From assembly GCA_037379345.1 (NCBI GenBank), contig CM074524.1:22130750-22194749 (forward strand): a stretch of 64,000 nt of DNA, written 5' to 3'. A program made the position numbers and the translations under genes. The notes under the pieces are model-generated. The model saw only the letters and a program-made list of their open reading frames with translations. It was not told the origin of the DNA and made no database searches. This document shows, in pieces, positions 13,001-25,000 of the stretch (the first letter of the stretch is position 1; every line of letters starts with the position of its first letter). The stretch is from Perna viridis. Taxonomy: Eukaryota.

Positions 13001-16000
13001 TTATTGAAATTTTCAGTGTTGGATTTTTTTTTAATTCATAAAACACCAAGACTATATTCCTTGTATTGAACATGGTAGAATTTCTTGGTGCTGGATTTGG
13101 CACTTAAAAATCATATAGAGCATGTAATCAAAATTTGCAATATTGTATGATAGGTATTTTAGTATTCAGTATAATCTATACAAATTATCTTCGGGATAAA
13201 TATTTATCAAAGTGGATAAAGTTTTAAATTGATTGATGGTCTTTTATGGGGAACTTAGTGTCTAGGTGGGGAACAACATGGTGTCTAGGTGGTCATATCC
13301 AAGGTTTGCAGTATTGATTAGGCTAGACTGCTAGAAAGTATATGACCGGCCAGCACCCCTATGTGACATAATGGTATGGATCCAAAAAAAAGAAAAAAAG
13401 AAACACCATAGAAATACAAAGAAAACAACATTTGAAGATGTTTTCTTGGGTTCAGCATGGTTTTTGCCTGTTTGAAACCACACTATTTACTGCATGGTGC
13501 CTGTCTTGTCTTGTAAACTTTGTAAAATACTCATTAAAATTAAAATGATAAAAAACTGCAATGTTTTCCATGCTTCAAAATTTGCATTTCTTTGAATTTT
13601 CTCTTTGTTCTAATTTATCCTGTTTTTGCTACGTTTCAGTATTCTGTTCTGTCACAATTTTAATCTTTTTGATTTCTTGCTTTTATTAAGTGAGACCTCT
13701 CATATTTTTGTGAATGAGCAACATTTAGACAAATTTACAGACATAATTTTGATCAAGTTATTTTATACTAAACGCAAAGATAGATACAAAGATTTCATAT
13801 CAAGTTAAATTTGAGTTTATATTTGTAGCTTGCTTTAAGTGCAGCATCACCTGTATATAGAGGCTACTTATCTGACAATGATGCTCGATGGACTGTCATT
13901 TCACAGTCTGTGGATGACAGAACCGATGAAGAAAGAGGGAAGAAAGTAGGTCATATCAAATGTAAATATGTCAGACTACGTCACTGTTAAACTATGTACT
14001 GTAAAGCCATTCAGTTTATTGTCTTGGTGTTCATGACAGTTTTGGTGGAAACAAACAATACAAGGAAGCATTTCCTTTGACTTGACTTATCAAGTGTGAA
14101 AACAGGTCTAGTAGCTGGTCAGTCTGTCTGTCCGTCTGTCTGTTCGTCATGCTTAGGGGTTACCTATTTTGTGTAATCTGTAACTCACAATGATACCGAT
14201 ACTTTGCACAGTATTTATGTACACATTGAAGATGTGCACCTCCTATTATTATTTATATTTTTAGCATGATAAACTTATTCCATTTTTCATCAGTTCATGT
14301 TGTGGAGGTTGCCTTCTCTGTATAATCTGTAACACAGACATTATTTACTCTATACTGCTGAAATTTTGCATAGTGTTTAAATGGACTTCCTATATATGAG
14401 AATGTAAGAGCAGAAATATGAAGGGCTAAAATATTTTCTGAAGGAAGTGACGATATTTGTCGACACAGAAGTAGACGATTGCACAAGTGCGGTGGTGCTG
14501 TTTTGTTTTTTAAATGTATTATGACATTGAGCTCTATCCATCATAGGCATAACCTAAAATTATATTATACATGTACATATTGAAGGTGTGCACCATTGTT
14601 TATTTAGCTTACTTTGTGTTTTTAAACAAATTGAAGATACTTATGTGCTGATAATTATGTGATGACACAGGTTCTTGTTACTCTTTTTGCATTGTTTGCA
14701 GTTAAAAAAGGTGAAATTTAAATTAGTTTATTGGATAAAGCGTAGTCAAATACAATTTACAGAGAATACAATATGTGCATAACCCATTACTTACAAATAG
14801 ATATTTTACATATATTGACATATAAGACCACATATTTATCATTATTAGAAAGTATATCTAAAGGTTTAAGTACGTATATTGCAGCACACCCATTATAGGG
14901 AAAAAATTTATATAGATTTAAGCTAATATGTAGTCTAGAGTATCAGCTAAGAATTAAAGAATTAGGGATTGATTGGTTTCTTACCTATATTTATTGTGAT
15001 TGTTTTTTTTTTCGATTATAGGAATTAAAGAATGACAAATACAGAATTAACAAATCTAGATATGATTCGATTGACAGTTACCTTACTGCTGGATTCAGAT
15101 GTTACAATGATATAGAACTGGTCTTGGACCAAGGAATCTGTGATGACTTAATCAAGGGAGGTAAGAATTGAACTGTAAGGGGAGGTAATTTAAGTCTTTT
15201 CTGAAACTCCCCTCCTACCCAATAGTGTTAATCTAAGGAAAATTATAAAGATTAAAGCAAAAGGACCAAGATTATAGCATTACAAAGATAATCAAGTGAG
15301 GAATAATGAATAACATACAGTTACTTAATGAGTAATATCATCAAAGATCAGGCAAAATTTGAGTAATGTTTTTAGAAAACTTTTTTTATGATTTATGTGC
15401 TGGAGTATAACAAACAATCTTTCATTTCTTATGTTATGATATGATCATTAAGATTCCAGAGATAATATAAACAGATAATATTTAAATGCTGTAATTATCT
15501 TTCCTCAGGTGTTGATGAAATGCAACAGACACAATTTCAATGCTGTAATTATCTTTCTTCAGGTGTTGATGAAATGCTAGCCAGACACATTGCTCACTTA
15601 TTTATAAGAGACCCAATCTCATTGTTCAGTGAAAAAATTAATCAAAATGATGAGGAAGACACAGATCATTTTGAAGTAAGTACTGTAGAATTTTTAGAAA
15701 CAGTATCTCCTTCTGTTTGCAGGTGATTACTCTGTTTTGCTAGCTTATACGGTTGGCTTTGAGACTGTGGGTGAAGTTTAAGACTGAAATTTTTCAGGCT
15801 GTATGATAATTAATAGGGAATCTATGCAAAAAACATACAGTGGGTGGCACATGACAAATTTTGTGTTAAATTTTGTTTACCCATTTCATATCACAAATGC
15901 ATCCTTCTTGAAGTTGAAAGTTGTTTTTTTCTTAATTAAATTCAATGATGAAAGAGAAAGAAATTACATAGAAAGCATTGAAATTCATTGAGCTTTCTCC

Positions 16001-19000
16001 TTTGGAAATTAGAGTTTTGGGTAGGGAACAGGGAACACTATTCTTTTATTATTAGCATCTTTTTATACCACTGTCTTTTAACTTGTGAATTATAATATAC
16101 TGCTGTCCTCCTATCTGTTGACATGTCCTACAGTGATTCCAACAAACTTTTTGGTGTTACTATAATTATTTTGTACACTGTTTTACCTGGTGAAAAGAAG
16201 TTTCCTTTTCTGTTCCAGTTTTTATTTCAGAGTTATGGGACTTAGTTCACTAAAATAAAAGGATGACCGGCATTGCATGTGCTTTTGAGCAGATATTTTC
16301 CTTATATCACACAAAAATGATATTGATTAATAATTCTATAATTTGCAACAATTTATTTTATCTTTGTAGAATATACAATCCACGAATTGGCAAACAATGA
16401 GATTCAAACCTCCTCCACCAAACAGTAAGATAGGATGGAGGGTAGAGTTCAGACCAATGGAAGTAAGTATATAAACAGGTCCTGTTCACCAAACAGTAAG
16501 ATAGGATGGAGGGTAGAGTTCAGACCAATGGAAGTAAGTATATAAACAGGTCCTGTTCACCAAACAGTAAGATAGGATGGAGGGTAGAGTTCAGACCAAT
16601 GGGGGTAAGTATATAAACAGGTCCTGTTCATCAAGTTCTGTCTGGGATAATTCAGGGGTACTGTCTGTCAGTCTTCTCCAAACAGTAAGATAGGATGGAG
16701 GGTAGAGTTCAGACCAATGTAGGTAAGTATATAAACAGGTCCTGTCCATCAAGTTCTGTCTGGGATAATTCAGGGGTATTGTCTGTCAGTCTCCACCAAA
16801 CAGTATGATAGGATGGAGGGTAGAGTTCAGACCAATGGAGGTAAGTATATAAACATGTCCTCTTCATCAAGTTCTGTCTGGGATAATTCAGGGGTACTGT
16901 CTGTCAGTCTTCACCAAACAGTAAGATAGGATGGAGTGTAGAGTTCAGACCAATGGAAGTAAGCATATAAACAGGTCCTGTTCGTCAAGTTCTGTCTGGG
17001 GTAATTCAAGGGTAATGTCTGTCAGTCTCCACCAAACAGTAAGATAGGATGGATGGTAGAGTTCAGACCAATGGAGGTAAGCATATAAACATGTCCTCTT
17101 CATCAAGTTCTGTCTGGGATAATTCATGCTACTGTCTGTCAGCCTGTCATCACTTAATTTCCCTCAGAACACTAGAATTTAAGAACCAACATATTGATAA
17201 TATTTTAAATGTTATGCTACATTCTTAATCTTTACCAAATTCAGCGGCTGTATTAGTTTTCATGGACAAACTTCAAGTTCAACGGGTCAAAGTTAAAAAC
17301 AGCAAGATTATTTAAAGCTGAGTATTACTTTGTATTTAAAAGCCTTACCATTAGGTGAAATCAAGTGCTCACTAATTTTTCAGTTAGTGTCATTTAGTTT
17401 ATAAAGAGTAATTATCTTCTATTATGCAATAAAGGTTGGTACAGATATCAAAGTAATGGCTGAAATTAATTTCATGGCTACACAATTTTTGCATCTCACT
17501 TGCTTTCAAATATGTATTGTGTTCTGAGAATGTATTACACTCCCATTCTGTAGGGGAGGGGGTATAAAGTTTTACCTATGTCTGTCATTCTGTACAACAT
17601 TGTTTTTGTAACAAAATTTTCAGCTTGTGTAAATCACAAGCTGTTGATTCTATATAAAAAGCTTCATATTAATATACTGAATCATGGAAGTGTTTTCATA
17701 CTCTTATGACATGTAGTTCCTGTTTGTCGATAAAGCAGGTGTTTCCATAGTGAGAAATTGCTCAGTTATCTTGTTGCCATCCTCCCAAGTCAGGGTTTTG
17801 AGTCCACCCTTGCTCCCTCAAACCCTTGACATCACTCATTCATATATAGTGGGTATCATCCAGCGCCATCTAATGAGTTGCTTAAATTTAACCCGGATCC
17901 AAAATCCAATCAAATCACTCGTAATAGAAACTCTTCTATATAACTTGCAAAGTGGCTGCACATAAAATCTTTTTTTTTTCAGTAAAGACTAAACAGAATC
18001 TACAGTTATCATTTTTGCTCATATTGCATCATTTGTGACATCATACAACTTTCAGTGCGTATTATTGTTTACCTTTCACAGACATTTGATGTTAAATCAA
18101 TTTTCATTGGTGCTTCTCACCCCAGGAAGCAACCAATTGGAATTGGCTGGACAATACCCGCTAAATATAAATGAGTGATGTCAGGGGTTTGAGGGAGCGA
18201 GAGTGCACTCAAAACCCTGACTTGGGAGGATGTCTTGTTGCCACAAATTATTTTTGCAATTTTTTTTGCAAGTAAAATTACAATGTAGTAAAAATAAGTA
18301 AGTTTACATTATGTGCATGGATATATTTTAAGGTGCAGCTGACTGACTTTGAGAATGCAGCATATACAGTGTTCATTGTTTTACTTACAAGAGTGGTGTT
18401 GTCCTATGGGCTGAATTTTGTCATTCCCATATCGAAGGTTAGTGCATTACATTGTGTTAGGTTAGTGTGATTACAGCACCTACAAAATGATGTTGAGTGC
18501 ACATAATTTGTCTGTCATTGATTAAAAGGGAATCACCTACTGAAATTCATTAGGGCTATTCCAGTAAAAGCATATGAAGGTGGGGGAGGCACTTTTATTT
18601 TTGTTTATGGGTGGGTGTTCAGGTCTCTTGACAAAATATAAAGTTAGTACAAAACATCAATAGAACTATGGGTGGCTCCCCTGGTGAAAAAATGCCTTCC
18701 CCGGATACCTCATACTAGTATCTTTTAATGGAAAGCTCTTAAGTTATTAACCAGACTGACCTGAGATGGAGATTTAAACGTTATATTATTCCAAAGGTAT
18801 TTGAATCTATGTTTAATGAACATTCAAATATTCTTATTATATAGATAGCAGTGATTTATGAAATCACTGTGTAAAAAAATTCGATAATTCACACTAATAT
18901 AAATTTGGAAATTCACTGTCTGGCCTTCTCCTGCAAAAACATCACAACACGTGTATCAACCTGCCAATCAAAAAATTTAAAATTTATGATGAAATAGCAA

Positions 19001-22000
19001 TGAATAATGGAGAAAATCTAAGCAATAGCGTTGGTAGTTACAGGGATATAATAGAATAATCAATTGGTTATCCCAAAAAAAACTAAAATATAATCACTCA
19101 TGCCAAGAACACATTAAGGTTAATTCTTGAACATATTTTGGCTATTCACACTTTCAAATTAATTATCAAATTATTCTCCATTTCCCAGTAATGTAACGTA
19201 GTGGCTACAAAACTGTTGATGATATAATCATTCTATGTAGGTTTTGATGCACATTTTCCAGAAACCAGATGACCATTCTTAATTAGCCTTTGTTGTGGAC
19301 CTTCCATGGATTAATGGACAATAAGTGCATAGATGCATAAATAATTCACTATCTATCTTTCCCACCTCTTTCTATTTATTAGTAGTTAATCAAAGACATT
19401 TGAAATCTAAATGATCTGCCTTACAGTTAATAAGTTAATTTATGTATAAATGATGGATTTAATAAAACATTGAACACTTATTAACTGTTGAAACTATGGG
19501 TTATGCAACAGTAACTACCAAAGGCAGTTCATTAAAACTAAAGAAAGACCAACTCTCTTCCCTTAACATCACTGTATGTGCTATATATCAAATTTCATAG
19601 GTCAACTTGGTTGTTAACCTTTACAGCTAAAAATATCACAATTTTATAAAAGAATCAGGATTATATAGATTATTATACAATGATATATGTCTATACCAAG
19701 CTCTGGTTTATTTGGAAACCTGTCTAAACCAGACACTTGAAATAGTCCCTTTATGTCAATTAAATGTATTTTAAAACTTGATAAACAGAACATCTGTATA
19801 ATATTCTGTTATTGGTAATTTATAGGTAACATTTTATTTTCACTTTTTTGTATGTTAGAAAAATACAAGTCACAATTTTGACCATGAAAAAGATGACCTA
19901 TTTTATCGGGATGAGCCAACATCATTCAACTTCACTGTGATGGTTTTTCAAGCATGCCTGGTTTGAAACTGACCTGTTCTTTTTTTGTTTTTTTTTTTCA
20001 TCAAGGCCAGTACACTCTTATTACATTATCAATCTGTGTACACCATAGGAAAATGTCAAAAATTACTTATAAAACCAAGTCAGAAAAACTTTAACCAAAG
20101 AAACACTGAATTTTAGATAAGATATTTTGTTCGACAAATGAATGTCATTGAAAATTTAATTTCTGCACTCTGTCTTAATTGTAGGTGGATGAAAATATGA
20201 CGACTGCTCATAAAAGGGATGCCGTAAATACAGAACAATTCTATTTCAGGAAAGAAATCTTCACAGGTTTGTATTAAGGTCATAGGTCATAGGTCAACTA
20301 TCTAGTACAAATGAGTAAAACAAGTTCTTAATTCTATATTGAAAAAAAAATATTAATTAAACAACAAATTTCTTTGTTCAAATCTTCTTGTTATATAATA
20401 GGCCACAAATTTAGATTTTGGGAAGTGAGCAAAATAAGTCCCAGCATTGAGTAACAAAGCAGCAGAGATAAGACATATGATGTAAGCCTTGCCATCTTAT
20501 TGTACTTTTTAAAGTAATAATTACGTTTACTATGCATGTCATAAAAAAATACACTAATCTCATTGGATAATCAGCTTAACATGCGTGTGTCATCAGTCGA
20601 TATTTTCAAGCTATTTGTATAGGTCATGCCTGCAATTAAGTGGACTACTTTTATGATATCTTTGTATTGCCTATTTTCTATGTAAATCTAAACTAAAATA
20701 AAAGGAACATATGAAATGTAAACATTAGAATTGAATGTTTCATTTTGAATGTTTCATTGGCATGTAAAAGTGTTGACTGGTCACACATTTGGACATGAAG
20801 CGCTTGTGTACTTCATTTCAAATATGCTATGGCCGACACTTTTACTCCCTGATGTAACATAAAAAATTGAAACATTCAAATCTTAATATTATCTGATATT
20901 GGTTAACAATGAAAAATGAAGGGATGTTTCCCTTTATAAGCAGACATTTTCTAAAAATGAGAATAAAATTTCTCAAAGTTGCTTTAAGTTAATGTACAAT
21001 GTGTGGACAATGGAAATATGTTATTTTACCAAAATACATATACATCTGGCAAAAGCAAGGATGATTTTACAAGGAGCAAGAAGTATTCGGAAAATGGCAA
21101 AATGAGAAATTAATGTATTGTAAAATTATGAATATTCAGGAAAAATTCAGATTTGAAAAAGTGGATGAAAATCATCCCTGCAGAAAACAGTCCCATTGAA
21201 ATTGATACCAGTATGTATGAAACAAAGGAGCACTTTCATAGGAAATTGATTGTGTTTCATGTCAGACTTAGTTCGTTCATTACTTTTCAGAATGTTCTCC
21301 CTCAAGTATTGTACAGTGTATGGCATCTGGGAAATGTCAAAGACGGTGCTCATCAATGGAGGATGAATATCGTCTTATGTCCATGAATGAAATATTCAAT
21401 GGCAGTGTAAGTAGAATATTTACTGAGAGGTGATAGATGGTGTAGAAAAACCAACCAAACAAACAAGGCTTTTTTGGTCTACCGTGGTTGGGAAAGATTT
21501 TTTTCAAATGGGCCATTTTCAGCATTTATTACAACTACTCAAGATGTTTATGGGCCATATATCAACATTCCAGGTAAAATCCTGTACCTTAAATGGGCCA
21601 TTTAGCTTCAATGAGCATATGACCCATGGCCCCTGTCTTTCCCTATCACAGGGTCTATATATATACTATATTTTTACATAATGGTAACCCTTTCTTTATT
21701 TAGATCTGTATTTTTGAGAAATCATACATTTGTCTCCCATTTAAGTCAATGTTAACTTTTGCAAAGTACCAATATCATGTACAATCTGTATGATATGCAT
21801 AGCAACCAAATGAAAAACTAAGATGTGATCAGTAACTGCTTCTGAACAAGAATTACAAGTGAAGTCGGTGGGTTTTTGAAATAAATGAATCACCTCCTGT
21901 CTGATTTTTATAATGGCTGCTACTTAAATGTTTATTCTTCTGTAATAACCAATTTGTAGTTGGGAGAACCATTGAAGAGGACTGCATGCATACATAACCT

Positions 22001-25000
22001 CTCACATTAAACAGGTCAACACCATTAGTTTTGTTACAGATATCTCCCTTTTTTTAAACTTTAAAAACCTGTAGTGGATGATTTGCTATTAGAGAATTAC
22101 TTTTTATTAACATTACCTATGAACTGAACTTTAATAGTTAATAATTGTGGTAAAATAGTTTTTGCATGGACAAACATTATGAAAACAAAAGTCCTCAATA
22201 ATTGGTCAATGAGAAAGGTTAAAGGTCATTAGAACTTAGGTAAATCAACTTCAAAGGTGAAGTTGTGACCTTGTCCTAAATTAATGGTCCAAGACCTCAA
22301 ACTCTCACTATTTTGAACCGGTGCATTGCTTAAGAATAATTTATAATTTATGAGCAACTCGGGTGTTTCTAGAAAAGCAGAAAACGCTTACCCTACCAGT
22401 GCACCTGGTCCATGCTCCAAGTTTTTAGTGGAGTCCGAATTACTCATTTGCTTTTGTTACTTTGTATGTATGATTTTACATGTTTTAGTTACTTTATGTT
22501 ATTTGTTGTGTACGTCTGTTTTCCATGTCTGGTCTTTGTCCCTGGATTACATTCTATTGATTACCGCTATAACCTTGGTTTGCTTGATTACTCTTGCAAT
22601 TACCAAATATGGCAACATTCCTGCCCTGTTGAAAATCCTTATTTAAATGTCAAAATGTACCAAACAAATTATATATTTAAGAAATGACTGATATATTTTT
22701 TCAGTCTATGAGGAAATAACCTCAATCTCTTGGTACACACTGAATAACCTACGTAGCTGATTATTTTCAAGTATGCATCATAAGCATTCACGTTCTTTCA
22801 AATAGATCGAAATAATATAACAGCCATTCTTTATGATTTAATTTTAATATCAAACTTTAATGAGTAAATTAGCAAAAAAGGCTTATGATGTCACAGCCAC
22901 AGTTATAGGTCATATACATCAGCAGGACCCTGATACGTATGAATATTCATTGTCAGTTGTTTAATCTGGTCAATATCATATGCAACTTAAAGATTGCTAC
23001 AACGTACCTCTTTTAAAAAAATATCATACACATGTCTATGTTTGTTTTTTTGCTTGTATGAGAATGGGAACTATACATTAAAAGATGAAATGATCCTTTA
23101 GAGCATAGAGCATTTGTACCATTTCTGATTTTGAAAGTAAACTAAAATCAGTGACAGAGAATATTTGACAATTAGTGACTTTGAAGACTTAAGTTTGACT
23201 TTCTAATTGTAAAAGTGTTTAGTATTGTTTTGCATCACAGCATATTTAAACATGTGTGTATGACATAGCTCAACATAGATTTCCTCAAGAATTGCTGTGA
23301 ATATAGCTTACAAAGGGTTGGAATTTTAAAAGAATCTTTAAGGAAATGATATAGATGAATTTAGGGTTTTCATAAGTATTACATGGCTTTGACCATTCAT
23401 TCTTTTGGGTGGTATAGGTTACCCATTGTGTAACTGCAACTCTGTCTACACCTTTATATGGATATCTATTTAAACTTTCATGGAATTGTTATTGAGCACC
23501 TGCTTTTTAGCTCACCTGGCCAATAGGCCATGTGAGCTATTGCCATCACTATGTATCCATCGTCCCTCATTGTCGTCCATAAACTTTTTCAACATCTTCT
23601 CTTCTGAAAATACTCAATAGATTGTAACCAAACTTTGCATGAATGTTCATTAGGGCATTTTTAACAAACCTTTTGTGGGGATTTTTGATCTGGCAAAAAA
23701 CATGGCCGTGGTTACTAAAAATAGACCAAAGGGGTCAAATTGTAGAATTATGCAAATAACTCAAAAATAGTTGGGTTTAGATAAAATCTGATGGGGTAAA
23801 ATTTTTCATCATGATGGGATGGACCTGTACCAAAATTTTCAGAAAGATCCATTGACGAATGAATGAGTTATGAGTTCTGAAATGGATGTTTTTTTTTTTT
23901 AAATCTCTTTTAGAATATTGTAGGATGGATCCTACAAAATGAATGTTTGTTAGGATATTCTTATTCTTCAGAATTTTTATCCGTTGAAACCATGGCCACC
24001 ACTAATAAATATTGACAACTTGTTGAAATAACTTGAAAACCAACTTGATTAAATGATTCTTGTGACAATAGTACAGTACAGTCAAGGAGTCCAGCTTTAG
24101 AAAGCTATAAAGAATATTTTTGATCAGGTGAGCGATTCAGGCTCTATAGAGCGTCTAGTTTGATTTTTAATATTGGTTTTCCACAAGTGTATCATGGACT
24201 ATATTTTTTTTTATTTCAGGATGAATTTCTGGGTCTGATTCCTATGATTAAGCAGTATTTAAATAGTGTGGATGTTGATGTAGATACTAGCTGTACAATA
24301 CAAAATTACCTCAAACTTATATCTAATAGGGCTTCAGGTATGTAAAGAGTTACCTCCCTTACAATCCAAATTTTGCCCAATACTTAGACAAAGGAAAACT
24401 AAAATTACGTTACTGTTACTGCAAAGTGAAGCTGGATGAATTGAAAAAAGGAAATTGTAATAAAAAGATGAAACCAAATTTATATTTTAAGAATTTTGTG
24501 ACAGGAGATAATTGTAAGGATAGAGGGAATGAATGAGATTACAAAATATAAATAGGGTTTGTAAGGTCATCTTCCTCACCAGAGATTCCATTGTACTCAT
24601 AGAACATACTTTAATCCATAGACTGATCTATATTTTATAGTTCACTTTCAGGATCTGAAAACATAGCTTTTTAACACTAACACTAATCTATTTATCGCTT
24701 TTCTTGACACTTTTATCATGTAAAAATTGATATTTTTCATTTTTATTGATATTTTCACACAGAAAGATGTTTTGCTTTAAATAATGAAATCAATGCTCAG
24801 TAAATTACAAATTTCTATGCATTTGAATGATAGATTGGGACCCATTCTTGTGAGACCACAGAGTCACTGCAGTCGTTGCCTTATAAATTTGTCAACAAGC
24901 CAAGGCTAAAAACAGTAATAAACATATATAGTAATAATAGGCATGTTAACTCATGGCTGTCGGGCTGGTGGTAAGTTTGAAGACAAGTCAAGTGATTACA

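Noticed and set aside
16416-17145. CRISPR-like appearance of the regular array
   Set aside because: No unique spacers; the units derive from the GCLC exon/intron; eukaryotic context
22350-22687. ORFs such as [11 protein letters not shown]...[16 protein letters not shown] (also at 30100, 38191, 52524 and 59721)
   Set aside because: Chance translations of the repeated Penelope-like tail in several frames, not genes
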